A stretch of DNA of 32,000 nt from Raphidiopsis brookii D9 (GCA_000175855.1 ACYB01000035.1:494795-526794), one strand, 5' to 3'; positions 9,174-19,921 are shown, numbered from the stretch's first letter. Notes: generated by a model from the sequence alone, not told the origin. Program-made: numbers and translations.

Positions 9174-10982
9174 ATGGAAAACTGGCAATTTCTAATCCAG
9201 AAACAGGGCGATCGCCATTGGCAAAGTCTCGACTCCTCCCGTTTGGAAATTTCGCTGGGTAGATATAGGGTCTTGGCTCGTTCTCATCTTGTTAATCAAC
9301 AGGTGGAGGTACTAGTAACCCATTCTCTCCCTTGGGCAGATCAATCTAAAAAGCCGATTATTCAGGGCACTCGTCGGTCTAATCAGGATGGTTGGATCGC
9401 AGTTTTACCTTTTACTGATCTCCAAGAGGGAATTTGGGAATTACAATGCTGGGGAAGGGTAGAAGAGGAGGATGAATCTTGGCAACACAATCTTGTACTG
9501 GGGGTTTCTTCCTCTGATGAAGACGGGTTAACACCATTGGAATATAACTATCCAATTGACACTCAAGCTGAGTACAGGTTTAATGATGCTAATAGTGATG
9601 CTATTTTATCTACTGGGGAAGATTTAATCAATCAGCCAGCCAGTCCCGTCTTGTCCGGAGGAGAAACAGCAGAGGAAATTTTACAAAGAGTCATAGATTT
9701 CGCCTTACCTAACTCCCCATCCGCTCCAGAAGATTTAGATGTATCTGGGGAGGATGTGGATCATTCCCCCTCTCTACCACTGGAACTGTTTTTGGAACAG
9801 AATACCTATATAGTTAATTGGGGTAAGCCGTTTAGTATTAACGGTTATGGAATTTTATCAAGCAACAAACAACTCACATCTCCCCCATCATCTCCCGTTA
9901 AAATATATCAGGTTCATTTGTCGGTTCAGGTGCGATCTCCTGGTCAATCCAAAATTCTCCTTGATTTCCCACAGCACCTCTCTACAGAAGAACTATTACC
10001 TTTTGCTTTTAGTCATAACCTTACTATTCCCCATAACTGCATATCAAAATTACTTTTGGCTACCGTAAATCTGTATGGAAGTTTTACTCCCCATGATCAG
10101 GTTATCCTACTGGCTAGTTTTCCTTTTAGTATCACAGCCAAATTTGACCAGTTACTACCCCTAACCTCACAGACCTCTCTGGTACTGTCTACTGCACCCA
10201 ATCGTTATACTGGGACTTTATCCGCTCCTTTATCTTCTCCATCACATCTGGGGTTGGAACTGTTTAATCTGGTCAAAAGACCCGAACTAGCGCATTTTCA
10301 CGTTTTAGAACCAGCTCCTCATCAACCACTTCCTCCCAAAATTCAACCTCTATCTAAAGAGAGTAGATTATCACTTGTACCAGTGGAAATAGAGAAGGAA
10401 TTTTATCCGGTAGATATGGCGGTAGAAGCAAACCTGGAAGTATCGAAACAGGATACTGTCAATTTACCGAGTGATGAGATAGTTATTGATGATGCAAGTA
10501 TTAATACAATCATTAATCCGGAAGAAGACGAGCAGTATGATAGTGCTAATCAATCCCCGGAGTTGGAAAAACAATCATGGAACGATGTAAAAACTGGAAA
10601 AGAGATACTAGATTTAGAGAGTTTACCTACCCCTGGACTGTTTTTACCCAGTAGTGAGTTACTAGCTGGATCTTTGATAAAAATTCGCTTGGAAGTTGAT
10701 CAGATGTATCCAAATTTAACTATAAAACTATGGGTAGAAGACTGCCAAAACCGGGAGTTATTAGATGGTCCTCATATATTAAGAGATTTCCAACCCTATT
10801 CCCCGGGAAAGTGGCAAACAATTACCCAGTTGCTTGTACCCCTGGGTTGTACCCAAATTCTCATAGGGGCGATCGCCGTGGAGTCTGACAGTCAAAGGGA
10901 AAGTCATAAGGTTACAGTCATCAGGAATCTAATGGTAAATCCACAAAGTTCGGTTCCCATATCAAGTCATAACCTTTGGTGA
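9174..10982 (+). CDS. Hypothetical protein, 602 aa, Ser/Pro-rich, no recognisable domain
   Basis: Long uninterrupted ORF starting 20 nt after the LysR gene on the same strand. No motif recognised. Only a short alternative-frame ORF overlaps it. Confidence 0.6.
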   Translation: MENWQFLIQKQGDRHWQSLDSSRLEISLGRYRVLARSHLVNQQVEVLVTHSLPWADQSKKPIIQGTRRSNQDGWIAVLPFTDLQEGIWELQCWGRVEEEDESWQHNLVLGVSSSDEDGLTPLEYNYPIDTQAEYRFNDANSDAILSTGEDLINQPASPVLSGGETAEEILQRVIDFALPNSPSAPEDLDVSGEDVDHSPSLPLELFLEQNTYIVNWGKPFSINGYGILSSNKQLTSPPSSPVKIYQVHLSVQVRSPGQSKILLDFPQHLSTEELLPFAFSHNLTIPHNCISKLLLATVNLYGSFTPHDQVILLASFPFSITAKFDQLLPLTSQTSLVLSTAPNRYTGTLSAPLSSPSHLGLELFNLVKRPELAHFHVLEPAPHQPLPPKIQPLSKESRLSLVPVEIEKEFYPVDMAVEANLEVSKQDTVNLPSDEIVIDDASINTIINPEEDEQYDSANQSPELEKQSWNDVKTGKEILDLESLPTPGLFLPSSELLAGSLIKIRLEVDQMYPNLTIKLWVEDCQNRELLDGPHILRDFQPYSPGKWQTITQLLVPLGCTQILIGAIAVESDSQRESHKVTVIRNLMVNPQSSVPISSHNLW

Positions 10983-11085
10983 ACTAACCACTTGATATTG
11001 TGTTAAAAATCTTGACCATTTGTCAAAAGGGTGGAAATTGTGCAGTAAACTCCTAAGATGACCCCGATTTTCAAGGACCCTTACT

Positions 11086-11226
11086 ATGTCAGGTTCATTA
11101 TTGCCATCTATTTTGGCTTATTCTTCATTTTTGCCTTCGATTTTTGTTCCTTTAACTGGTTTAGTTTTACCAGCAGTTGCGTTCGCTTCTTTATTCTTAT
11201 ATATTGAAAGCGAAGATATTGGCTAG
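11086..11226 (+). CDS. psaI: Photosystem I reaction centre subunit VIII (PsaI)
   Basis: 46-aa ORF, below the ORF-track cutoff, found by hand: [46 protein letters not shown]. One TM helix and a C-terminal LFLYIE-x-ED motif match the Nostocales PsaI pattern as I recall it. A hairpin follows. Confidence 0.75.
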   Translation: MSGSLLPSILAYSSFLPSIFVPLTGLVLPAVAFASLFLYIESEDIG

Positions 11227-11234
11227 TTGAGGCC

Positions 11235-11267
11235 CCTACCGACCCCAAAAGTCGGTGGGTATGTTTT
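11235..11267 (+). terminator. Stem-loop after psaI (candidate intrinsic terminator)
   Basis: CCTACCGAC-cccaaaa-GTCGGTGGG forms a 9-bp stem (one G.U pair), followed by tatgtttt. Confidence 0.45.
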
Positions 11268-11277
11268 AATGCCTAAA

Positions 11278-11362
11278 CGGAGAGGGGGAGATTCGAACTC
11301 CCGGAGGTTTTAGCCTCATCCGATTTCAAGTCGGACGCAATCGACCACTCTGCCACCTCTCC
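11278..11362 (-). tRNA. tRNA-Ser (anticodon UGA)
   Basis: Reverse strand reads GGAGAGGTGGCAGAGTGGTCGATTGCGTCCGACTTGAAATCGGATGAGGCTAAAACCTCCGGGAGTTCGAATCTCCCCCTCTCCG. 7-bp acceptor stem, anticodon loop CTTGAAA, long variable arm, TTCGAAT T-loop. No encoded CCA. Confidence 0.9.
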
Positions 11363-11424
11363 AGACTGTTACAATATAATATTAGGAATTATAGCCAATA
11401 ATTCAATTTTTGGCAATGGTTGGT

Positions 11425-11764
11425 TTAACTTTTGATTCCCCTAGATCCAATCCCCTGGATCAATTGCTTTTGTGCCACAAAGAATAATACTAGTACTGAA
11501 ACAGTAGCAATGGTAACTGCTGCCATCATTAATGGCCAGTTATTTGTAAACTGCGATCGCCACTAGGGTAGAATTAGCAAAAACCACTAGAAACCGACCT
11601 CTTTCCCAGGACTCCAGATAATTGGCCCAAGTCCAACTTTTTCCCGTCAACCCCAGACTTTCACTCGCTGAAGAAAAAGAGGTGAGAAAAACAACGATCA
11701 AAGGTGGTAAAATGATGAGTGATCCAGAAAAACTCCAAAAATGTTTGACCTTACCATTCCAGAT
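11425..11764 (-). pseudogene. Decayed remnant of a sugar-type ABC transporter permease (MalG/UgpE-like)
   Basis: No start codon. One reverse frame reads ...FSGSLIILPPLIVVFLTSFSSASESLGLTGKSWTWANYLESWERGRFLVVFANSTLVAIAVYK* (an N-terminal TM plus the W-x-NY / F-x-NS pattern of such permeases). A second frame reads LMMAAVTIATVSVLVLFFVAQKQLIQGIGSRGIKS* (a typical permease C-terminus). The central ~150 aa are missing. Confidence 0.6.
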
Positions 11765-11908
11765 TCAGATGCAACAACATTGTTTATGACTCAAAAATCA
11801 TTGGTTTTTCCTAGTATTACCATGGAAATAAGGGTGGGGGGGGACAGAGTTCTATCCTTAAAATTTCAGTCTCAATATAATATAATAGAGTGATGGAGTA
11901 AACATGTC

Positions 11909-12607
11909 ATGCAACAACTAGTTGAACAAATTGAAAAAACTGATTTTCAGAGCGCGAAATATAAAGACGCTTATAGCCGAATTAATGCCATAGTAATTGA
12001 GGGTGAGCAAGAAGCACACGAAAACTATCTCACCCTAGGCGAACTACTACCACCAAATAAAGAGGAACTGAGCAAGTTATCTAAGATGGAAAGTAGACAC
12101 AAAAAGGGTTTTGAGTCCTGTGGGCGAAATCTATCTGTTAACCCAGATATGGAATTTGCCCGTCAGTTTTTCTCCCCCCTACATAATAACTTTCAAATCG
12201 CGGCTCAACAAGGTAAAGTTGTTACCTGTCTACTGATCCAATCCCTAATTATTGAGTGCTTTGCGATCGCCGCTTATAATATATATATTCCTGTAGCAGA
12301 TCCATTCGCACGTAAAATTACTGAGGGGGTAGTAAAAGAAGAATACACCCATCTTAACTTTGGTGAAGTTTGGTTAAAAGAGAAATTTGAAGCATCAAAG
12401 GAGGAGCTGGAAGTAGCGAACCGTGAAAATCTGCCTATAGTATGGCAAATGCTCAATCAAGTGGCTGAGGATGCCAAAGTATTGGGGATGGAGAAAGATG
12501 CCCTAGTGGAGGACTTTATGATTCAATACGGAGAAGCATTGAGTAATATTGGGTTTACCACCCGGGATATCATGCGTCTTTCGGCTTACGGACTAGCAAG
12601 CATATAG
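11909..12607 (+). CDS. ado: Aldehyde-deformylating oxygenase (cyanobacterial alkane biosynthesis)
   Basis: 232 aa, ferritin-like di-iron protein. [10 protein letters not shown] and EEYTHLNFG (E-x-x-H) ligand motifs. [21 protein letters not shown] is characteristic of ADO. Confidence 0.9.
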   Translation: MQQLVEQIEKTDFQSAKYKDAYSRINAIVIEGEQEAHENYLTLGELLPPNKEELSKLSKMESRHKKGFESCGRNLSVNPDMEFARQFFSPLHNNFQIAAQQGKVVTCLLIQSLIIECFAIAAYNIYIPVADPFARKITEGVVKEEYTHLNFGEVWLKEKFEASKEELEVANRENLPIVWQMLNQVAEDAKVLGMEKDALVEDFMIQYGEALSNIGFTTRDIMRLSAYGLASI

Positions 12608-12722
12608 CCACAGTTGATCAAATCCTCGGTTGTAAAACCGGGGTTACAAATAAGGTATTGTATAGGAAAATTGGTTCTGATTTCTAGTTTCTAGCTTTTA
12701 ATTGCACAATCTTATATCACTA

Positions 12723-13742
12723 ATGTTTGGTCTAATTGGACATCTGACAAGTTTAGAACACGCCCAGTCCGTGGCTCAGGATTTGGGGTACCCGGAATAT
12801 GCTGATCAAGGTCTAGATTTCTGGTGTAGCGCCCCTCCACAAATTGTGGACAATATCACAGTGACCAGCGTCACAGGTCAAAAAATCGAAGGAAAATATG
12901 TGGAATCCTGCTTTTTACCGGAAATGCTAGCCACTAGACGGATTAAAGCAGCGACGCGAAAAATATTAAATGCTATGGCTCATGCCCAAAAGCATAATAT
13001 TAACATTACAGCTTTAGGCGGATTTTCTTCTATAATTTTTGAGAATTTTAATTTAGAGCAGTTTAAACAAGTTCGTAACCTAACCTTGGAGTTTGAAAGA
13101 TTTACGACGGGTAATACCCACACAGCTTATATTATTTGCCAACAGGTAGAGGTGGCAGCTAAACAGCTGGGTATAGAATTGAGTAAAGCAAATGTGGCAG
13201 TATGTGGAGCAACGGGTGATATTGGGAGTGCAGTTACGCGCTGGTTAGATAAAAAAACCGATGTGCAAGAACTGTTTTTGATTGCCCGCAACCAGGAACG
13301 TTTAGAGAAACTGCAAGCAGAACTGGGACGAGGGAAAATCATGGATCTACAACAAGCTTTACCCGAAGCGGATATTGTGGTTTGGGTAGCAAGTATGCCC
13401 AAGGGGGTGGAAATTGACCCAAAAGTTCTCAAACAACCATGCTTACTAATTGACGGGGGTTACCCAAAAAATCTGGGGACAAAAATTCAACATCCAGGGG
13501 TACATGTGTTGAACGGAGGAATTGTGGAACACTCTTTGGATATTGAGTGGAAGATTATGAAAATAGTCAATATGGATGTCCCTTCACGTCAGTTGTTTGC
13601 CTGTTTTGCTGAATCAATGTTATTGGAATTTGAGAAGTTATATACTAACTTTTCCTGGGGAAGGAATCAGATTACGGTAGACAAAATGGAGCATATAGGT
13701 CAACTATCCCTCAAGCACGGTTTTAGACCATTATTAGTTTAG
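12723..13742 (+). CDS. aar: Acyl-ACP reductase (long-chain fatty aldehyde forming)
   Basis: [42 protein letters not shown] is the canonical AAR N-terminus. [10 protein letters not shown] is the nucleotide-binding motif. The ORF-track start (12702) is a TTG extension; the ATG at 12723 is preferred. Confidence 0.9.
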   Translation: MFGLIGHLTSLEHAQSVAQDLGYPEYADQGLDFWCSAPPQIVDNITVTSVTGQKIEGKYVESCFLPEMLATRRIKAATRKILNAMAHAQKHNINITALGGFSSIIFENFNLEQFKQVRNLTLEFERFTTGNTHTAYIICQQVEVAAKQLGIELSKANVAVCGATGDIGSAVTRWLDKKTDVQELFLIARNQERLEKLQAELGRGKIMDLQQALPEADIVVWVASMPKGVEIDPKVLKQPCLLIDGGYPKNLGTKIQHPGVHVLNGGIVEHSLDIEWKIMKIVNMDVPSRQLFACFAESMLLEFEKLYTNFSWGRNQITVDKMEHIGQLSLKHGFRPLLV

Positions 13743-13793
13743 TAATAATGGCAAATACCTGATAATCAACTGATAACCGATAACTAACAGACC

Positions 13794-14774
13794 ATGGCAA
13801 ACACTGAGCGCAAACCCCTACTGTTGGATTTTGAAAAGCCTTTGGCAGAACTGGCCAAAAGGATTGACCAAATTCGCGAATTAGCAGATGAAAATGGTGT
13901 GGACGTATCCGGGCAAATCCGCCAACTGGAAACTAGGGCAATGCAACTGCGGGAGGAAATATTTAGCAGTTTAACACCGGCCCAAAAACTTCAGGTAGCT
14001 CGACACCCCCGAAGACCAAGTACCCTGGACTATATCCAGTCTATCACTGATGAGTGGATGGAATTACATGGCGATCGCTGTGGAGGAGACGATCCAGCTT
14101 TGGTGGGTGGTGTGGCACGTTTAGGCGGACAGCCAGTAGTAATGTTAGGTCATCAAAAGGGTAGGGATACTAAGGATAATGTGGCCCGTAACTTTGGCAT
14201 GGCAGCTCCGGGAGGATATCGCAAGGCCCTCAGACTCATGGAACATGCCAATAAGTTTTCTATGCCTATTATCACTTTTATTGATACTCCCGGTGCTTGG
14301 GCAGGTATAGAAGCAGAACACCAAGGACAAGGAGAGGCGATCGCCTATAATTTGAGGCAAATGTTCTGTTTCGATGTACCAATTATTTGTACAGTGATTG
14401 GCGAAGGTGGATCCGGTGGTGCTTTGGGTATTGGAGTGGGAGACAGACTGTTAATGTTTGAACATTCAGTGTACACCGTTGCTACTCCAGAAGCATGTGC
14501 TGCAATTTTGTGGAAAGATGCTAGTAAAGCTCCACAAGCTGCGGTAGCACTGAAAATCATTTCTCAAGATCTGAAAAATTTAGGTATTATCGACCATATT
14601 TTGCCGGAACCCCTAGGGGGAGCTCACGCAGATCCCCTAACGGCAGCGAATAGTCTTAAACAAGCCCTGTTAAATAGCCTAGATGAATTGAACCGACTAA
14701 CACCAGCGGAACGCCGTCAACTCCGTTATGACAAATTTAGAAAAATAGGTGTGTTTCATGAGGTAGGTCACTAG
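13794..14774 (+). CDS. accA: Acetyl-CoA carboxylase carboxyltransferase subunit alpha
   Basis: 326 aa. [23 protein letters not shown] and [24 protein letters not shown] motifs are diagnostic of AccA. Confidence 0.9.
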   Translation: MANTERKPLLLDFEKPLAELAKRIDQIRELADENGVDVSGQIRQLETRAMQLREEIFSSLTPAQKLQVARHPRRPSTLDYIQSITDEWMELHGDRCGGDDPALVGGVARLGGQPVVMLGHQKGRDTKDNVARNFGMAAPGGYRKALRLMEHANKFSMPIITFIDTPGAWAGIEAEHQGQGEAIAYNLRQMFCFDVPIICTVIGEGGSGGALGIGVGDRLLMFEHSVYTVATPEACAAILWKDASKAPQAAVALKIISQDLKNLGIIDHILPEPLGGAHADPLTAANSLKQALLNSLDELNRLTPAERRQLRYDKFRKIGVFHEVGH

Positions 14775-15145
14775 TACCTTACAGAATAAATTTTCTCCCA
14801 AAAATAACAACTAACTATATCTAACACAGCAACAATGTTATAATTAGTGGTGGAGTCTTAGAGATTCTTAACAGTCTAGAAAGGACACTTGTCAAAATGC
14901 CAACTCATCTCTGATAAAGCGCGCAAAAAGCAACCCTGTGTTGACTCTGTTCATCAGAAATTGACACTTATAGTTTTGCTTTAGGTTTTCAAGATATATT
15001 CTAATGTAACCCTAACCACTTACAAGAGGTGCGATGCGAACCGGAACGACTACTCGGCTATCCATCGTGTCTGTTAGGAAAATAACAGAATTAATAAATT
15101 AGGGGTAGGTGGTAGCCCCTAGCACCGGCAAAAATTGGAGATAGA

Positions 15146-15871
15146 ATGAGTTTTGAGAAGAAAAAACGCGCTTTGATTACTGGTGCAAGTGCTGGAATTG
15201 GCAAAGGGACAGCTATAGCCTTTGCTAAAGAGGGGATAGATGTTGCATTAGTGGGCCGTTCCCAAGAAAAATTACAGGGGGTAGTAGCAGCAGCAAAAGC
15301 AGCAGGAGTGGAAGCAAAAGCTTTCGCGGTTGATTTAAGTTGTGTTTCCCAGGTAAAAGCTAAAATTCAGGCGATCGCTGATGAATTTGGAGACATAGAT
15401 ATTTTGGTCAACAATGCTGGTATGGGATACACTGGCAATTTAAGTGACACCTCCCTAGAAGATTGGCGGAGAGTAATAGACTTAAATCTCACCAGTGTAT
15501 TTCAGTGTACGATGGGGATTTTACCCAGAATGAGACAAAGAGGAAAAGGGACAATTATTAACATAGCCTCTATAGCAGCTAAACAGGCCTTTGCTGGATG
15601 GGGGGTTTACTGTGTGAGCAAAGCTGGTTTATTGGCCCTATCTCAGACTTTAGCCCAGGAGGAGAGAGTTCACGGTATTCGAGTGAGCGCAATTTGTCCT
15701 GGGGCGGTCAACACCGAAATTTGGGATACAGAAACAGTAAATGCCAACTTTGACCGCAGTAAGATGTTAACTGCACAGACAGTAGCACAGACAATTCTAC
15801 ATAGTGCTTTATTACCCCAGGAAGCCGTAATTGAAGAATTAACTCTGATGTCTAACGACGGCGTGCTTTGA
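15146..15871 (+). CDS. Short-chain dehydrogenase/reductase (SDR) family oxidoreductase
   Basis: 241 aa. TGASAGIGK cofactor motif, NNAG, and catalytic Y-x-x-x-K (YCVSK). Confidence 0.85.
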   Translation: MSFEKKKRALITGASAGIGKGTAIAFAKEGIDVALVGRSQEKLQGVVAAAKAAGVEAKAFAVDLSCVSQVKAKIQAIADEFGDIDILVNNAGMGYTGNLSDTSLEDWRRVIDLNLTSVFQCTMGILPRMRQRGKGTIINIASIAAKQAFAGWGVYCVSKAGLLALSQTLAQEERVHGIRVSAICPGAVNTEIWDTETVNANFDRSKMLTAQTVAQTILHSALLPQEAVIEELTLMSNDGVL

Positions 15872-15910
15872 CTTGACAATAAACAATGACCAATTATCAA
15901 GACTAATACC

Positions 15911-16618
15911 ATGACCATTGCTAGTTCTAACGGTTCCAGTCGCTTACAATCTCCGCTGATTCCTGATTTATCGCAAGCTATCAGTACTAGACCTGACCGG
16001 AACACTCATAATGGTAAGCAGCCAGATCTGCACCAACCTTCGGAAGAAAGCATAGAGCAGATGAAAGCAGCTGTGCAAACCATGCTCATAGGTGTAGGAG
16101 AAGATCCGCAGCGAGAAGGACTTCTGAAAACCCCCAAGCGTGTAGCAGAGGCGATGAAATTTCTCACCAGTGGTTATAATCAGTCCTTAGAGGAACTGGT
16201 CAACGGTGCGATTTTTGACGAGGGGCACGAAGAGATGGTGTTAGTGCGAGATATCAACTTCTTCAGTCTTTGTGAACATCACATGCTACCATTTATGGGT
16301 AGGGCACACGTTGCTTACATTCCCAATAAAAAAGTAGTTGGGTTAAGTAAACTAGCCAGAATTGTAGAGATGTATGCTCGTCGTTTACAAGTGCAAGAAA
16401 GATTAACCCGACAAATTGCAGAAGCGGTTCAAACTATTCTTGAACCCAAGGGTGTAGCTGTGGTGATGGAAGCCACCCACATGTGTATGGTAATGCGCGG
16501 GGTACAAAAACCTGGATCCTGGACCGTTACCAGCTCTATGATTGGTGTATTCCAAGACGAGCAAAAAACCCGGGAGGAATTTTTGAACTTGATTCGTCAC
16601 CAAGCAGCATTCTTTTAG
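15911..16618 (+). CDS. folE: GTP cyclohydrolase I
   Basis: 235 aa. [25 protein letters not shown] and [11 protein letters not shown] motifs of FolE type I. Confidence 0.9.
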   Translation: MTIASSNGSSRLQSPLIPDLSQAISTRPDRNTHNGKQPDLHQPSEESIEQMKAAVQTMLIGVGEDPQREGLLKTPKRVAEAMKFLTSGYNQSLEELVNGAIFDEGHEEMVLVRDINFFSLCEHHMLPFMGRAHVAYIPNKKVVGLSKLARIVEMYARRLQVQERLTRQIAEAVQTILEPKGVAVVMEATHMCMVMRGVQKPGSWTVTSSMIGVFQDEQKTREEFLNLIRHQAAFF

Positions 16619-16662
16619 GTTTAAGGGGAAATGGGGAATTTGGGGAAAACAAAACAGGGAGA

Positions 16663-16736
16663 CGGGACTGGTGCGACTTGAACGCACGACCTGTCGCTTA
16701 GGAGGCGACCGCTCTATCCAACTGAGCTACAACCCC
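16663..16736 (-). tRNA. tRNA-Arg (anticodon CCU)
   Basis: Reverse strand reads GGGGTTGTAGCTCAGTTGGATAGAGCGGTCGCCTCCTAAGCGACAGGTCGTGCGTTCAAGTCGCACCAGTCCCG. Cloverleaf with anticodon stem GTCGC/GCGAC, loop CTCCTAA and T-loop TTCAAGT. Confidence 0.9.
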
Positions 16737-16790
16737 AAGAAAGTAAAAAATTGCTCCCCAATAAACTCCCTAGCAATTGTAACCTAGTTT

Positions 16791-17903
<1,113 letters not shown>

Positions 17904-18104
17904 CTAAAGTACTGTATTACAATGTTTGGATGTAGTTTTAGGAGCAATGCAGTTTCGTCTCAACAACAAACACAAGGAAAAACCAGACGGAGCAAGATGT
18001 CGAGCTAAACGCACAATTTCCAAAGAGAAACTATATCTACTTTAGTTTACGAATCCGAACCTTAATTTGCGAAATGCGACATTTAATGTGCGAATGCACA
18101 CAAA

Positions 18105-18177
18105 TGGAGAATAGGAGACTCGAACCCCTGACCTCTGCGGTGCGATCGCAGCACTCTACCAACTGAGCTAATTCCCC
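18105..18177 (-). tRNA. tRNA-Ala (anticodon CGC)
   Basis: Reverse strand reads GGGGAATTAGCTCAGTTGGTAGAGTGCTGCGATCGCACCGCAGAGGTCAGGGGTTCGAGTCTCCTATTCTCCA. G3:U70 alanine identity pair, anticodon loop ATCGCAC. Confidence 0.9.
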
Positions 18178-18192
18178 TTACTCTGCTCCATT

Positions 18193-18933
18193 CTAACACA
18201 GTGTTTCTCCATTTTTTAAATCTTTCTGTTCAAAAGTTTCCCAAATGCGTTCCCATTCCAAATCTGTTAAATGGTCTACTGTCCAGTTAGCTTGACGCTG
18301 GAGGATGTGAAAGGGGTAAGTATTAGCAATTCCCACGACTTTCATTCCAGCGCGTTTCGCCGCTTCTATTCCAGCTAGAGTATCTTCTAAAGCTAAACAG
18401 TCTTTTGGTTGTAAACTTAAATCAAAATTTATATCAGAATATAGCCGATTAAGTCTATCCACAGCTAATAAATACCCTTCCGGTTGGGGTTTACTCGTAG
18501 CGATGTCATCACCTGCAATGATCACCTGAAAATATTCTCTTATATTGGCACGTTCCAAAACTAACTCTATTTCTCGACCCAGGGCACCACTAACTAGACC
18601 CACGGGCAAATTTTGAGATTGGGCCTGTATAATTAGATCCTCTATTCCAGAATAGAGCGGTAACTGTTCCAGACTCTCTAGTTCCTTAATATATTTGTTT
18701 GCTTTATTTCGCAGCAGGTGGGTTAAATAGTCTTGACTGACCACCCTTCCACGACGCTTTAATAACTCCTCAAAACAAGCGCGATCGCTCCTTCCCAAAC
18801 ATCTCAAACGTTCATCTGGCTTTTGGGGTTGTAAATTTTCTTCCACCAGAATCTCATCTATCAGTTTTAAATGTATTGATTCGTCTTTAATAATCACTCC
18901 GTTAAAATCGAACAGGACTGCTTTTAAAGGCAT
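18193..18933 (-). CDS. HAD-superfamily hydrolase (beta-phosphoglucomutase/phosphatase subfamily IA-like)
   Basis: From the ATG at 18933: MPLKAVLFDFNGVII (HAD motif I, with Asn at the Asp+2 position), VSGA, and a C-terminal EDTLAGIEAAKRAGM motif. The 39-aa N-terminal extension in the ORF track has no support. Confidence 0.8.
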   Translation of the reverse strand: MPLKAVLFDFNGVIIKDESIHLKLIDEILVEENLQPQKPDERLRCLGRSDRACFEELLKRRGRVVSQDYLTHLLRNKANKYIKELESLEQLPLYSGIEDLIIQAQSQNLPVGLVSGALGREIELVLERANIREYFQVIIAGDDIATSKPQPEGYLLAVDRLNRLYSDINFDLSLQPKDCLALEDTLAGIEAAKRAGMKVVGIANTYPFHILQRQANWTVDHLTDLEWERIWETFEQKDLKNGETLC

Positions 18934-19094
18934 ATAAAAAACTAAGTGAAGATAACTAATATTCCCATTATTACAGGAATTTTTCTCTGAGTGTACACTA
19001 ATAGGGAACAGGGAACGGGTTGGGGATACAAAATTTCCCACCCAAAACATAAAATAGTAGGTTGTGGTGTGAAACTTAACACAGGAGTGGAGTA

Positions 19095-19921
19095 ATGGAT
19101 TTACGTCGGGATGCTTTACAAATTCTCAAGGAAACTAGTAGAACTTTTTATATTCCAATCAGCATTATGCCATCAGGACTACAAGAAGCTGTGGCATCAG
19201 CATACTTGTGTATGCGTGCTATTGACGAGATTGAGGACCATGCAACGCTGGAAAATCATACTAAGGGAATTTTACTACAAAGCATTAGCCAAACTTTACA
19301 AGCAGGAGTGGATGGTTTTGCAGTGGATGCTTTTTCCATAGGATTTAAGGGTTATGAAGATTCCTTACCTGAAGTCAGTCTCAGGATTAGGGAATGGGCA
19401 ATTTTAGCTCCAGAAAGCATTGCACCTCGCATTTGGGATGCAACAGCAGCTATGGCTGATAGAATGGCTTACTGGTCACAAATAAATTGGAAAATTACAA
19501 ATGAATATGACCTGGATCGTTACACCTTTGGAGTTGCAGGTGCAGTAGGTTTGTTACTCTCAGATTTATGGTCATGGTATGATGGAACGACGACTAACCG
19601 CATGGAAGCGATCGCCTTTGGTCGGGGTTTACAAGCAGTAAATATCCTACGTAATAATAGCGAAGATTTAACCCGTGGGGTAAATTTTTCCCGGAGGGTT
19701 GGAATCACCAGGACCTTCAACAGTATGCTCGTCGTCATTTAGCCTTAGCGGATAGTTATACTAATGGTCTTCCTCCTGGACCTGCTCTACAATTCTGTCA
19801 AATTCCCCTAGCTTTGGCCCATGGTACCCTGGATGCACTAGCTAATGGTAAGGAAAAACTCAGTCGTCATGATGTCTATGCTCTAATCGAAAATCTTATT
19901 AATGTCAATGCAGTAGTATAA
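19095..19921 (+). pseudogene. Squalene/phytoene synthase family gene split by a 1-nt frame disruption in a T5 run
   Basis: Frame 1 (19095-19742) reads MDLRRDALQILKETSRTFYIPISIMPSGLQEAVASAYLCMRAIDEIEDH... and turns to nonsense after GVNF. The -1 frame continues from 19688 as FPEGWNHQDLQQYARRHLALADSYTNGLPPGPALQFCQIPLALAHGTLDALANGKEKL...* and stops at 19919-19921. Joined length would be 275 aa. Confidence 0.7.

Noticed and set aside
12702-12722. TTG-initiated 7-codon N-terminal extension of aar; similar extensions at 18934-19050 (HAD), 6812-6856 (Trx, GTG), 7950-7958 (NnrU, TTG) and 25225-25233 (MBL, GTG)
   Set aside because: The conserved N-termini (for example [10 protein letters not shown] for AAR and MPLKAVLFDFNGV for HAD) begin at the downstream ATGs. 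The extensions add non-conserved-looking residues.
16403-16701. ORFs 16403-16687(-) and 16483-16701(+)
   Set aside because: They overlap the folE 3' end and the tRNA-Arg gene. They are explained by those features.
18148-18155. HIP1 octamer GCGATCGC spanning the anticodon stem-loop of tRNA-Ala(CGC)
   Set aside because: It is a consequence of the anticodon stem-loop sequence (CUGCG-AUCGCAC-CGCAG). There is no reason to infer function beyond coincidence.
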